NCBI GenBank assembly: GCA_964606485.1 | Contig: CAZSGP010000001.1 | Span: 353,085-417,084 of the forward strand | DNA length: 64,000 bases | Reading direction: 5' to 3' | Origin: an uncultured Planctomycetia bacterium | GTDB lineage: Bacteria; Omnitrophota; Gorgyraeia; 2-02-FULL-51-18 | Shown: positions 36,679 to 45,667 of the stretch, piece after piece | Numbering within the stretch: the stretch's first letter is position 1 | Layout: each line of letters opens with the position of its first letter | The notes under the pieces: generated by a model | Told to the model about the DNA's origin: nothing | Seen by the model: the letters and a program-made list of their open reading frames with translations, nothing else | Databases searched by the model: none | Position numbers and translations under genes: made by a program

Positions 36679-37317
36679 ATGAGAATTGGCTCTAAGAAAA
36701 TTTTAGCGATAGCGGCGCTAGGCATCCCATTAATTTTTAACTTGGCCATAGCCGCTCCGGGTGGCGGAGGGGATCATGATCGCTCCTCAGGATCCACTCA
36801 GAAACATTCTAAATCTTCGCATGATGGCGCTTCTCGCAAAGAGGCTTCAGCTCGGGGAGGTTCTTCCGAAAAATTAGGAAAGTCCGAAAAAATGAATCGA
36901 TCGGAAATGCCAGGGCGATCTCAAGGGCACTCCGAAAAGTCCAGATCTCCTAAAGAAGGTTTTAAGAAACCAGAAGGCGCCAAAGGTTCTCGCAAGCAAT
37001 CGCAAGGTGAAAATGCCGGCAGCAATGCCGAAACCGTTTATAGCGACAGCCGCGCCGAGCAAGACCAGCGTCAATCGAATACGGAGGCTGCTTACAACAA
37101 CACGCAGCAAACCGTGGACGACGCTGTCACGGCTCAGAGCTCAGCCGATTCCCAACAAGCCTCCAGTTGCCAGAGTCAGTATAGTTCGTGTCTTCAATAC
37201 GCGGAGGACGCTCGAAAAAAATGTGCCGATAAATCCGGCGACTCTAGTTCCTGCGAGTCAGCATACAATCGGGCGAAAACCATATGCACGGATCAATTGG
37301 ATAGCTGCATGGGGTAG
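36679..37317 (+). CDS. Secreted low-complexity (Ser/Gly/Lys/Glu-rich) protein with C-terminal 6-Cys module
   Basis: Signal peptide, ~150 aa of disordered composition, then C-x9-C-x12-C-x11-C-x12-C-x6-C at the C-terminus. AT-rich promoter region and SD AAAGGAGGA upstream. Confidence 0.4.
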   Translation: MRIGSKKILAIAALGIPLIFNLAIAAPGGGGDHDRSSGSTQKHSKSSHDGASRKEASARGGSSEKLGKSEKMNRSEMPGRSQGHSEKSRSPKEGFKKPEGAKGSRKQSQGENAGSNAETVYSDSRAEQDQRQSNTEAAYNNTQQTVDDAVTAQSSADSQQASSCQSQYSSCLQYAEDARKKCADKSGDSSSCESAYNRAKTICTDQLDSCMG

Positions 37318-37349
37318 TAGGTTAACATTCTTATAAAGGGAGAGAAGCA

Positions 37350-37610
37350 ATGAGCGAAGAAGAATTGGCTGGTAGTCCGGAAGAATCCAAAGCAGATAAA
37401 TTTAAAAGACTCGCACAGTCACGCGTAAATAACGCCATTTCTAAAATTGACTTGATTGGAAATTTATCGAGTTCCAGTTATGAGTTTACCGCGGATCAGG
37501 TGGAGAGAATTCTTTATAGCGTCCGTGCGGCTGTTGACGACGTGGATAAAAAATTCCAAAAAGGATTAAATAAAAAAGGATTTAACGATCAGGGAAAGTT
37601 TAGGCTTTAA
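37350..37610 (+). CDS. Small hypothetical protein
   Basis: 86 aa, acidic N-terminus, RBS GGGAGAGAAGCA. No recognised motif. Confidence 0.3.
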   Translation: MSEEELAGSPEESKADKFKRLAQSRVNNAISKIDLIGNLSSSSYEFTADQVERILYSVRAAVDDVDKKFQKGLNKKGFNDQGKFRL

Positions 37611-38800
37611 TTGCCTGAGTGAAGTCCTGCGACTGTGCCGGAGGCCCAGGCCCAGGCGAGATTAAATCCGCCGCGTTTTCCGTTCACGTCTAAAATTTCG
37701 CCCGCAAAGAATAGTCCAGGGCATTTTTTAGATTCCAATGTTTTTAATTGAATTTCCGAAATACTGATGCCCCCTGCGGTGAATTCTGCTTCAGCCCACC
37801 CGCGTGTCCCCGTGATGTGAAAGCGGCGGTTTTTGAGTGCCGTGCTGATGGTTTTGGGATTTCGAGTTTCAAGAGTTTTGAGAAGTACTCGCGAAAACTT
37901 GGGAGGCAAAAGCCCTATCAGTAGCTTGTCGCTAGGGAAATTAAGCCTCAGTCTGCGTGCCATTTCTTTCTCTAGCTCATTTTCATGAATAAACGGAATG
38001 AGATCGACCAGAAGCCATGCGTCTTTGTCGAGCGAGCGATGCAGCGAAATCGCAATCTCGTCGCTCGAATCAAACACCGCGAGCCCCGACAATCCGTAAT
38101 CTGTAAAAAGCAGGTCGTGTTCTACGGCGTGCCCAGTAACAGTACCCACTTCATATCGAACGGACGCCAAAATTTTTTGACCGGTAAGTTCCTTGCACCA
38201 GGAGTCGTCGCTCGTTAGCGGAACCGTGATCGGAGCGGTGTTGACGATGGTGTGGCCTAAGTGTTTTGCCAATTCGTAGGCGCTTCCATCCGTGCCGTAA
38301 ACGGGGTAGGATTTTCCACCGGCGGAGAGCACGACGTGTTTGGCTTCAAAAGATCCAGCGGGTGTATCCAGTAGAAAGCCGCCCTTCATTTTTTTTATTT
38401 CCGTTACCGGGCAGTCGTATTTTATTTCAACGCGTTGCCTCGTTAGTTCAAGCTCCAACGCGTCGAGCACTGAGGCCGCCTGGTTCGTGATAGGGAAGAC
38501 GCGGCCGTCTTTGTCGGAATAAAGTCTGAGTCCCAGCTCTTTAAAAAATTTGAGAATATCTGCGCGTCCAAATTGAGCAAAAACCGACTCCACAAGTGCC
38601 TTTGCTGGGGCATTAAAAAAGGAGCTATCAAGCTTATCGTTTGTGAGATTGCAGCGGCCGTTTCCGGAAATGCGAACTTTCTTACCGAGTTTCTGCATTT
38701 TTTCGCAAATGAGAACACGCGCACCTTTTCGTGCGGCACTGATCGCCGCAGCCATGCCAGCTCCTCCTCCACCAATAATGATTACATCGAATGTGGGCAT
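37607..38800 (-). CDS. HI0933-family FAD-dependent oxidoreductase (aminoacetone oxidase family flavoprotein)
   Basis: MPTFDVIIIGGGGAGMAAAISAARKG dinucleotide-binding motif and the C-terminal GEILDVNGKRGGFNLAWAWASG typical of the HI0933 family. Confidence 0.8.
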   Translation of the reverse strand: MPTFDVIIIGGGGAGMAAAISAARKGARVLICEKMQKLGKKVRISGNGRCNLTNDKLDSSFFNAPAKALVESVFAQFGRADILKFFKELGLRLYSDKDGRVFPITNQAASVLDALELELTRQRVEIKYDCPVTEIKKMKGGFLLDTPAGSFEAKHVVLSAGGKSYPVYGTDGSAYELAKHLGHTIVNTAPITVPLTSDDSWCKELTGQKILASVRYEVGTVTGHAVEHDLLFTDYGLSGLAVFDSSDEIAISLHRSLDKDAWLLVDLIPFIHENELEKEMARRLRLNFPSDKLLIGLLPPKFSRVLLKTLETRNPKTISTALKNRRFHITGTRGWAEAEFTAGGISISEIQLKTLESKKCPGLFFAGEILDVNGKRGGFNLAWAWASGTVAGLHSGN

Positions 38801-38887
38801 GGACGCATTTTAGCACACAAGAGCTTTTGTCTCGGGATAGCCATCTAGCGCCCACTTAGGCTATACTGTGCGCCACAGGAGAAGGTT

Positions 38888-40201
38888 ATGAGTCAAGCGC
38901 ACCCCAAAAGTTTTAATGGTTTAGGCATTAGCCCCGAAATCCTAACCGTGCTGGAAAGTCTCAAATTTGAAGTTCCGACACCCGTGCAGGTGAAGGCGAT
39001 TCCTGTAGCAAATGAAGGAAAAGACGTGCTGGGCATTGCGCAAACCGGCACGGGGAAGACGCTGGCGTTTGGCGTTCCCATGATTCAACGCCTTCGCACC
39101 GAATCTGGCCGCGCGCTGATCTTAGTCCCCACCCGCGAATTGGCCCTTCAAGTGGATGCGACCATTCGGAAATTAGGCAACCCCTTCGACATCCGTTCCG
39201 TGATTGTGATCGGCGGCATGGACATGGCCACACAGGTGAAGCTTCTTAAAAAAGAAACGATCCGTGTGATTATTGCGACGCCTGGCCGGCTTCTGGATCA
39301 TTTCGAACAAAAAACGTTGAACGCAGAAGATCTTAAAATGGTGGTTCTCGACGAAGCAGACCGCATGCTCGACATGGGTTTTGCGCCGCAAGTTGAGCGC
39401 TTGGCCAAATTTTTACCCAAAAATCGTCAGACTTTATTTTTTTCCGCGACCATGCCTGAGGCCGTGGTAACGCTCGCAGCTTTGTATATGACAGCACCCG
39501 TGACAGTGGAAGTGGCCCCCTCGGGCGCGGCCCCTGAAAAAATTGTGCAGGAGCTTTATATTATTCCAATGGAGTCAAAGCTCGAGCTATTGTCTAAAAT
39601 TTTATCTAAAACCCGCGGAAGCGTGCTTATTTTTACGCGCACCAAGGCCAATGCGTGGAAGCTTGCTGAAGCGCTGAGACAAATGAAGTTTACCGCCAAT
39701 GAGCTTCACTCGGACCGCACCCAAGGCCAAAGGCGTCATGCGCTGAACGGTTTTAAAACGGGCGTTTACAAGGTGCTCGTTGCCACCGACATAGCCGCGC
39801 GCGGCATCGACGTGAAGGGGATAGAGCTCGTGGTGAATTTTGATTTGCCGGATGAGACCGAAAACTATGTGCATCGCATTGGTCGCACCGGCCGCGCGGG
39901 ACTTGCGGGTCACGCCATCACGTTTGCCATGCCCAACGAAAGCGGAGACATTCGCGCGATTGAAAAATTAATGAAGACCGCTTTGAAAGTGGTCCATCAC
40001 CCGGCCGTTCCATCCGCAGAATTCGACGAAACCCTGCGGCGCTCCAAGCGCAAACACGTTTACGAAGACGAAGAGCGCCACAAAGACGGTCGACCCCAGT
40101 TTAGAGGCTCGACTCAACTCAAACAGTTTATTGAACGCAAAGCGCAAAGAGAGAAACATGCCGAAGGCGATATTCATCCGCCACGCGGAAAGCGTCGCTA
40201 A
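38888..40201 (+). CDS. DEAD-box ATP-dependent RNA helicase
   Basis: Q-motif, AQTGTGKT, PTRELA, DEAD, SAT, ARGID and HRIGRTGR motifs. Confidence 0.9.
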   Translation: MSQAHPKSFNGLGISPEILTVLESLKFEVPTPVQVKAIPVANEGKDVLGIAQTGTGKTLAFGVPMIQRLRTESGRALILVPTRELALQVDATIRKLGNPFDIRSVIVIGGMDMATQVKLLKKETIRVIIATPGRLLDHFEQKTLNAEDLKMVVLDEADRMLDMGFAPQVERLAKFLPKNRQTLFFSATMPEAVVTLAALYMTAPVTVEVAPSGAAPEKIVQELYIIPMESKLELLSKILSKTRGSVLIFTRTKANAWKLAEALRQMKFTANELHSDRTQGQRRHALNGFKTGVYKVLVATDIAARGIDVKGIELVVNFDLPDETENYVHRIGRTGRAGLAGHAITFAMPNESGDIRAIEKLMKTALKVVHHPAVPSAEFDETLRRSKRKHVYEDEERHKDGRPQFRGSTQLKQFIERKAQREKHAEGDIHPPRGKRR

Positions 40202-40751
40202 CGCCGGGGAAAAAACCCAGGATCCCGTTTCGACCGCTCTTTCGGCTAAGGGTGTTGTGCAAGCGGAGGAGTTTGCCAAAACCATTGTGACCGCGCCGAC
40301 TTTACTGGTGAGCTCTCCATTTGACCGCGCTCGAAACACAGCGCTTCCCGTGGCCAGGCGTTTTCCGGCCGTCCCTCTAGAGGAGTGGGCCATTCAGGAA
40401 TTTACTTACCTATCTCCAGATAAATATCATGGCACCACCGTGCAAGACCGTATGGCGAACGCGGCTATTTACTGGGAGCGAGGGGATTCTCTTTTTGTAG
40501 ATGGTCCCGGTGCTGAAAGTTTTCAAAATCTCATCAAGCGCTGTGAAGCGACTGTCGAACGTTTAAAAAAAATTCCATCCGGCACTGTTCTTTTGTTTAG
40601 TCATCAGCAATTTGTTTCGGCGATCCGTTGGCACCTCGAAGGACGCTTTAAAATGGTTAATGCCACAACGATGCGCGAATTCCGTCGCTTTCTTGTTGAA
40701 CAGCCAATCGAAAATTGCGGCCGATACGAAGTGAATCTTGGCCCTCATTAG
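40158..40751 (+). CDS. Histidine phosphatase family protein (phosphoglycerate mutase-like)
   Basis: AIFIRHAESVAN carries the RHG motif. Internal ATG chosen. Overlaps the helicase 3' end by ~44 nt in another frame. Confidence 0.65.
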   Translation: MPKAIFIRHAESVANAGEKTQDPVSTALSAKGVVQAEEFAKTIVTAPTLLVSSPFDRARNTALPVARRFPAVPLEEWAIQEFTYLSPDKYHGTTVQDRMANAAIYWERGDSLFVDGPGAESFQNLIKRCEATVERLKKIPSGTVLLFSHQQFVSAIRWHLEGRFKMVNATTMREFRRFLVEQPIENCGRYEVNLGPH

Positions 40752-42654
40752 CATTCAGGAAGTGTCGCTCGCACTCGGCGGGCCGCTTCTTTTTGACAAC
40801 ATCAGCGTCCAGATCGAAGCCGGCGAGCGCATCGCACTACTCGGCCGCAACGGCTCCGGAAAAACCACGCTCATGCGCGTACTTGCGGGTCAAATCAAAG
40901 TCGACAGCGGTGAGATTGGTTTTCAAAAAGGCATTCGCATCACGCTGCTTCCCCAAGAAGTGCCGTCGGACATTACCGGTTCGGTGTATGACATTGTGCT
41001 CTCGGGGCTTCCGGACCGCGTCAAACTTTTAGGGGATTACCACCATTTAAGCCACCGTCTGCAAAGCGAATCTTCGCCTCAGCTCCTGAAGCAACTCGAC
41101 GCGCTTCAAACCGAAATGGACCGCACCAATGGCTGGGAAACCGAGCGCGAAATTGAAAACGTAATTTCTCACATGAAGCTCGACCCCGAAAGTTTTTTTG
41201 AAAAATTATCCGGTGGTCAAAAGCGCCGTGCGCTTCTGGCGAGAGCACTCGCTTTAAAACCGGACGTGTTGCTTCTCGACGAACCCACCAATCACTTGGA
41301 CATTGAGTCCATTCAGTGGCTCGAAGGATTTTTAAAAGAATACACCGGGACGATTTTCTTTGTGACGCACGATCGTATGTTTATGACGAAGCTCGCGACA
41401 AAAATTATGGAGCTCGACCGCGGGCATCTTCACAACTGGTCTTGTGATTATCCGACATTTTTAGAACGAAAAAAATTGGCACTTCACGCAGAGGCGAGGG
41501 AGTGGGAGGAGTTTGATAAAAAGCTAGCCCAGGAAGAAGTGTGGATTCGTCAGGGCATTAAAGCGCGCCGGACGCGAAACGAAGGCCGCGTGCGCGCACT
41601 CGAACAATTGCGCGAAGAAAAAAAGGCCCAGCGACAACTGATCGGTAAAGTGCGCATGAAGGCACAGGAAGCCGACCGCTCGGGTCATGTCGTGACGAAG
41701 GCCGAAAATATTACCCACGGGTACGGTGAAAAAAAACTTATTCAGAACTTTTCAGCGCGCATCATGCGCGGCGATAAAATTGGTGTGATTGGTTCGAACG
41801 GTACGGGCAAAACCACTCTGCTTCGGATTCTTTTAGGTGAGATCAAACCGCAGGAAGGCGTGGTTACACTCGGAACCAATTTACAAATTTCCTATTTCGA
41901 TCAGCTTCGCGAACAGCTCGACGAAAATAAAACCGTGGTTGAAAACGTCTGTGGTGAAACCGATACGGTCACAGTAGAAGGAAGACCGCGCCACGTGATG
42001 GGGTATTTGCAGGAATTTCTTTTTTCGCCCGACCGCGCCCGCACGCGCGTTAAAGTGTTGTCGGGTGGGGAGCGTAACCGCCTGCTTTTAGCTAAGCTTT
42101 TTACCAAAACGTCCAATTTGCTCGTGATGGACGAGCCCACTAATGATTTAGACGTGGAAACGTTAGAGCTTTTAGAGGAGCTGCTCGTCAATTACTCCGG
42201 CACGCTTATTTTGGTGAGCCATGACCGCGCATTTTTAAACAACGTGGTGACCTCGACGATTATTTTGGAAGGCGACGGCGTGATTTACGAATACCCCGGC
42301 GGTTACGATGATTGGCTCGCGCGCCGCAGTCAAAAAGTTTCAGAGGAGGAAGAAACCCCAAAAGAAGAGATCGTAAAATTAAAATCACCCACAATTGAAA
42401 AGCCCGTTAAGCTTAAAAAATTAAATCAAAAAGAGCAAAAAGAATTGCTGAGTATCCCACTTCTCATTGAAAAACTAGACACCGAGCAAGCGCAGATCGT
42501 TGAAAAAATGGCCAATCCCAATTTCACGATGAAAGACTCCATCAAGATCGCTGAAACGAAAGCGCGCCTCGCTGCCATCACAGCAGAGCTCGCTGTGCTC
42601 TACGAGCGCTGGGAAGCTCTGGAAAAAATTAAAAACCTAACCGAAGCCTTGTAG
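40738..42654 (+). CDS. uup: ABC-F family ATPase (Uup/EttA-like)
   Basis: Two ABC domains (GRNGSGKTT, GSNGTGKTT; LSGGQKRR, LSGGERNR), an inter-domain linker and a C-terminal coiled coil. No TM region. Confidence 0.85.
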   Translation: MALISIQEVSLALGGPLLFDNISVQIEAGERIALLGRNGSGKTTLMRVLAGQIKVDSGEIGFQKGIRITLLPQEVPSDITGSVYDIVLSGLPDRVKLLGDYHHLSHRLQSESSPQLLKQLDALQTEMDRTNGWETEREIENVISHMKLDPESFFEKLSGGQKRRALLARALALKPDVLLLDEPTNHLDIESIQWLEGFLKEYTGTIFFVTHDRMFMTKLATKIMELDRGHLHNWSCDYPTFLERKKLALHAEAREWEEFDKKLAQEEVWIRQGIKARRTRNEGRVRALEQLREEKKAQRQLIGKVRMKAQEADRSGHVVTKAENITHGYGEKKLIQNFSARIMRGDKIGVIGSNGTGKTTLLRILLGEIKPQEGVVTLGTNLQISYFDQLREQLDENKTVVENVCGETDTVTVEGRPRHVMGYLQEFLFSPDRARTRVKVLSGGERNRLLLAKLFTKTSNLLVMDEPTNDLDVETLELLEELLVNYSGTLILVSHDRAFLNNVVTSTIILEGDGVIYEYPGGYDDWLARRSQKVSEEEETPKEEIVKLKSPTIEKPVKLKKLNQKEQKELLSIPLLIEKLDTEQAQIVEKMANPNFTMKDSIKIAETKARLAAITAELAVLYERWEALEKIKNLTEAL

Positions 42655-42655
42655 T

Positions 42656-43666
42656 GTGATTTCCGCCGCCCAAAAAAATATAAAAGATATTCTTTCGTTA
42701 TCTGTAAAACATTCCGATTTTCAATCGGCGGTTATCGTGTCCGATGCGCAGTGTGAGCTCTCAAAAATTCTAAGCCGCGCCTACCGGGACTGCTTGCCCT
42801 CAGCGCAATTTGTGGATTTTGATTCCACGTCGCCCAGCGAGGTGCTCGCCACGTTTAAACGCTTAAAGCCGTCCGATCTTGTGGTGCTCATTCAGTCGTC
42901 TAATTTTCGCTTAGAGGCTTTTCGTTTGCGCGTGGAGCTCTTTAACCAGTCGCTCAAAGTCATTGAGCACGTGCATTTAGCCAAAATGAAAGACACGGAG
43001 CTCGAAATTTACATCGATTCGCTGGCGTATGACCCGGATTATTTTTGCGGAGTAGGGGAAGCGCTTAAAAAGCGGATGGACCGCGCCACGCGGACCGAAA
43101 TTAAAAGTGGTGATGAGTGTTTGGTGGTTGAAGGGATGCTCGAATCCGCAAAACTCAACACCGGCAACTACTCTCAGATGAAAAATGTGGGCGGGCAGTT
43201 TCCGATCGGCGAAGTTTTTTCGGAAGCGCAGGATTTAACCCGAGTGAATGGTTGCGCGCAAATTTTTGCATTTGGGGATGCGGAATTTAAAGTCAACAAA
43301 CCCAAAACACCCATCACGCTTGTGATTGAAAGTGGGAAAGTGGTAGATGTTCGAAATTCGACTCCGGAATTTGACCGCGTGCTTGCCACGATTCGCGCTG
43401 ACGAGGGGGATGTCTGGGTGAGAGAGCTTGGATTTGGATTAAATCGCGCGTTTACGAAAGAGCGTACGGTGATCGACATCGGAGCGTACGAGCGCATGTG
43501 CGGCGTGCATTTGTCGCTCGGCGTCAAACACACCGTTTACAAAAAGCCTGCATTCACCCGAAGCATGGCCAAGCATCATGTTGATGTGTTTATAGACACT
43601 ACGCAAGTTTTGCTGGGTGGTGAGAGCGTCTACCACGGTGGAAAGTGGATGATTGGTCGGAGCTGA
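42656..43666 (+). CDS. Hypothetical protein, possible M29 (aminopeptidase T/PepS)-like fold
   Basis: Weak resemblance to the M29 N-terminal region. C-terminal HLSLG resembles the M29 HIALG block. 336 aa is shorter than typical M29 proteins. GTG start. Confidence 0.3.
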   Translation: MISAAQKNIKDILSLSVKHSDFQSAVIVSDAQCELSKILSRAYRDCLPSAQFVDFDSTSPSEVLATFKRLKPSDLVVLIQSSNFRLEAFRLRVELFNQSLKVIEHVHLAKMKDTELEIYIDSLAYDPDYFCGVGEALKKRMDRATRTEIKSGDECLVVEGMLESAKLNTGNYSQMKNVGGQFPIGEVFSEAQDLTRVNGCAQIFAFGDAEFKVNKPKTPITLVIESGKVVDVRNSTPEFDRVLATIRADEGDVWVRELGFGLNRAFTKERTVIDIGAYERMCGVHLSLGVKHTVYKKPAFTRSMAKHHVDVFIDTTQVLLGGESVYHGGKWMIGRS

Positions 43667-43706
43667 GGGGTGTAGTGAACCGAATACCCCTCAGCGCCGA
43701 TTGAAT
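43656..43706 (+). repeat. Hairpin repeat element, copy A (GTCGGAGCTGAGGGGTG-TAGTGAACCGAATACCCCTCAGCGCCGATTGAAT)
   Basis: Near-identical to the sequence at 46783-46843 apart from a 10 nt insertion in copy B. Forms a GAGGGG/CCCCTC hairpin. Overlaps the last codons of the upstream gene. Confidence 0.55.
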
Positions 43707-43719
43707 TAAATCTAAGGAG

Positions 43720-43749
43720 TTGACAAACTAAACGATCGTTCAGTATAGT
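43720..43749 (+). promoter_or_regulatory. Sigma70-type promoter (TTGACA-18-TATAGT) of lexA with embedded palindromic LexA-box candidate AACGATCGTTC (GAAC-N4-GTTC class) at 43731-43741
   Basis: A perfect 10 bp palindrome AACGATCGTT lies between the -35 and -10 hexamers. This matches the Cheo-box type consensus CGAAC-N4-GTTCG with one flank mismatch. Confidence 0.5.
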
Positions 43750-43770
43750 ATGTCCAGAGGGAGAGTCCCA

Positions 43771-44352
43771 ATGGCAAAAACGATTGAGTGGTCGAAGGCC
43801 GTCGCAAAGTTAAGAGAGTTTTACCGCGCGCAGAAGCGCCCGCCGAGTTTCCAGGAAATAGCCGAACTTTTTTCTTACAAATCCAAAAACGCCGCGTTTG
43901 AACTGGTCGAAAAATTAATCGAAAAAGGATTTCTAAAAAAGGATTCCAAGGGAAAAATTCTTTTTGATTCGCTTCTGGGTGTGAAGCTCTTGGGAAGCGT
44001 GCAGGCGGGGTGGCCCAGTCCCGCCGAAGAAGAGCTTGTCGACACGATGAGTTTGGATGAATACCTCATCAAGCACCCCGAGCAAACTTTTCTCGTGAAA
44101 GTGTCGGGCGACTCAATGATTGACGCGGGCATTCACGAAGGGGACTTGGTGCTGGTTGAGCGCGGCCGCCAAGCCAAGCACCGGGACATCGTGATCGCTC
44201 AGGTCGACAACGAGTGGACGATGAAATATTACGAAAGAGTCGGCTCGGCTGTTCGGCTTGTAGCTGCCAATAAAAAATATCCGCCCATTGCTCCCAAACA
44301 AGAACTGAATATCGGCGGCGTTGTCGTCGCTGTGATCCGGAGGTACAAATAA
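43771..44352 (+). CDS. lexA: LexA repressor (S24 peptidase)
   Basis: N-terminal wHTH, cleavage-site region VQAG, and catalytic Ser/Lys contexts GDSMIDAGI and ...KYYER. RBS GAGGGAGAG before the ATG at 43771. Confidence 0.9.
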   Translation: MAKTIEWSKAVAKLREFYRAQKRPPSFQEIAELFSYKSKNAAFELVEKLIEKGFLKKDSKGKILFDSLLGVKLLGSVQAGWPSPAEEELVDTMSLDEYLIKHPEQTFLVKVSGDSMIDAGIHEGDLVLVERGRQAKHRDIVIAQVDNEWTMKYYERVGSAVRLVAANKKYPPIAPKQELNIGGVVVAVIRRYK

Positions 44353-45656
44353 TGACGCTCAACTTGCATTCGCTTCCAAAGGCCATTGTTCACATCGACT
44401 GCGATTCTTTTTTTGCGAGTGTCGAGCAGTCGCTTGACCCCAAGTTAAAAGGAAAGCCCGTGATTGTCGGAAAAGACCGCGGGATTGCGGCCGCATTTAG
44501 CATTGAGGCTAAGCGCTGTGGGGTGACGCGCGCCATGCCGCTTTATGAAATTAAAAAATTGTGTCCGGACGCGGTATTTTTGCCGTGCGATTACGAAACG
44601 TACAGTTTGGTGTCCAAACGTTTTTACGGAATTCTGCGGCGCTTTACGCCGGATGTGGAGGAGTACTCCATCGACGAAGCATTTGCCGATCTCACGGGTT
44701 TGCGGCGCGTGTATCACGGTTCGTACGAGTCGATTGCACTAGAAATGAAAAAGACGGTCGAAAAGGAACTTGGGATCACCGTCTCGGCAGGTTTAAGTCT
44801 CACCAAATCGATTGCAAAAATCTGCTCCAAAGACAACAAGCCCTCCGGCTTTACCTGTGTAAAAGGGTATGAGCTTCACGAGTATTTGAAAAGCGTTGCG
44901 GTCGAGCGCGTCTGCGGATTTGGACCAGCGAGCACCGCACTTCTGAATAAGCATGGTGTCGCGACGGTGTGGGACTACATTCAAAAGCCTGAACTGTTTG
45001 CGCAAAGCTTGCTTGGAAAAATTGGCGTCGAGCTCTGGCATGAATTAAAAGGTGATTCGGTTTACCCGGTGTCGATTGAGAAAAAAGAAGCGCAAGCGAC
45101 GCTTAGCAAAACTAAAACCTTTACACCGGCGTCGAGCGACCGTGAGGTGGTGCGTGCTCAGCTTATTCGCAACATGGAGTCGGCGTTTATCAAGTTGCGC
45201 CGCCACGGACTGCGCACCAAAGCGATCGGGGCGTATTTAAAAAATAATGATCACCGCGGCAAAGGGCTTTTTGCAGAGCTTGAGCGCCACACCGATTCAC
45301 CGCTTGAGGGGATTAAAATTGTATCGGGACTTTTCGACCGCTTGTTTGAACCGAATGTGCGCTACCGCGCAACCGGCGTGTGGTTTGAAGATTTGGAAGG
45401 CGGCATCGAAATGCAGAGAGATTTATTTGAAGACCCGGTGCGCGTGAAAGGCATGAAGGAAATTTCCAAAACGATTGATGAAGCCGGTGAGATGTACGGC
45501 AAGCACGCGCTTCATTTAGGGGCGAGTGATCTTTTGCGCGAGCATCGCCAGCACTTGGGCGAGCGGGGAGATTTTTCTACGCGCAAGCTCAATCCCCTAA
45601 AAGGCGAAAATTTTCGCCAGCATCTGGGCATTCCGTTGTGGGATGTTAAAGTGTAA
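44352..45656 (+). CDS. Y-family translesion DNA polymerase (DinB/UmuC-like)
   Basis: IVHIDCDSFFASVE at the N-terminus and SIDEAFADLTG. Length 434 aa. Start overlaps the lexA stop (ATAATGA). Confidence 0.85.
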   Translation: MTLNLHSLPKAIVHIDCDSFFASVEQSLDPKLKGKPVIVGKDRGIAAAFSIEAKRCGVTRAMPLYEIKKLCPDAVFLPCDYETYSLVSKRFYGILRRFTPDVEEYSIDEAFADLTGLRRVYHGSYESIALEMKKTVEKELGITVSAGLSLTKSIAKICSKDNKPSGFTCVKGYELHEYLKSVAVERVCGFGPASTALLNKHGVATVWDYIQKPELFAQSLLGKIGVELWHELKGDSVYPVSIEKKEAQATLSKTKTFTPASSDREVVRAQLIRNMESAFIKLRRHGLRTKAIGAYLKNNDHRGKGLFAELERHTDSPLEGIKIVSGLFDRLFEPNVRYRATGVWFEDLEGGIEMQRDLFEDPVRVKGMKEISKTIDEAGEMYGKHALHLGASDLLREHRQHLGERGDFSTRKLNPLKGENFRQHLGIPLWDVKV

Positions 45657-45667
45657 GATACTGCCTC

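Noticed and set aside
38850-38875. E. coli-type SOS box candidate TACTGTGCGCCACAG upstream of DEAD-box helicase 1
   Set aside because: CTGT-N5-ACAG spacing is wrong for the CTGT-N8-ACAG LexA site. The lexA promoter in this window uses a GAAC-N4-GTTC-type palindrome instead.
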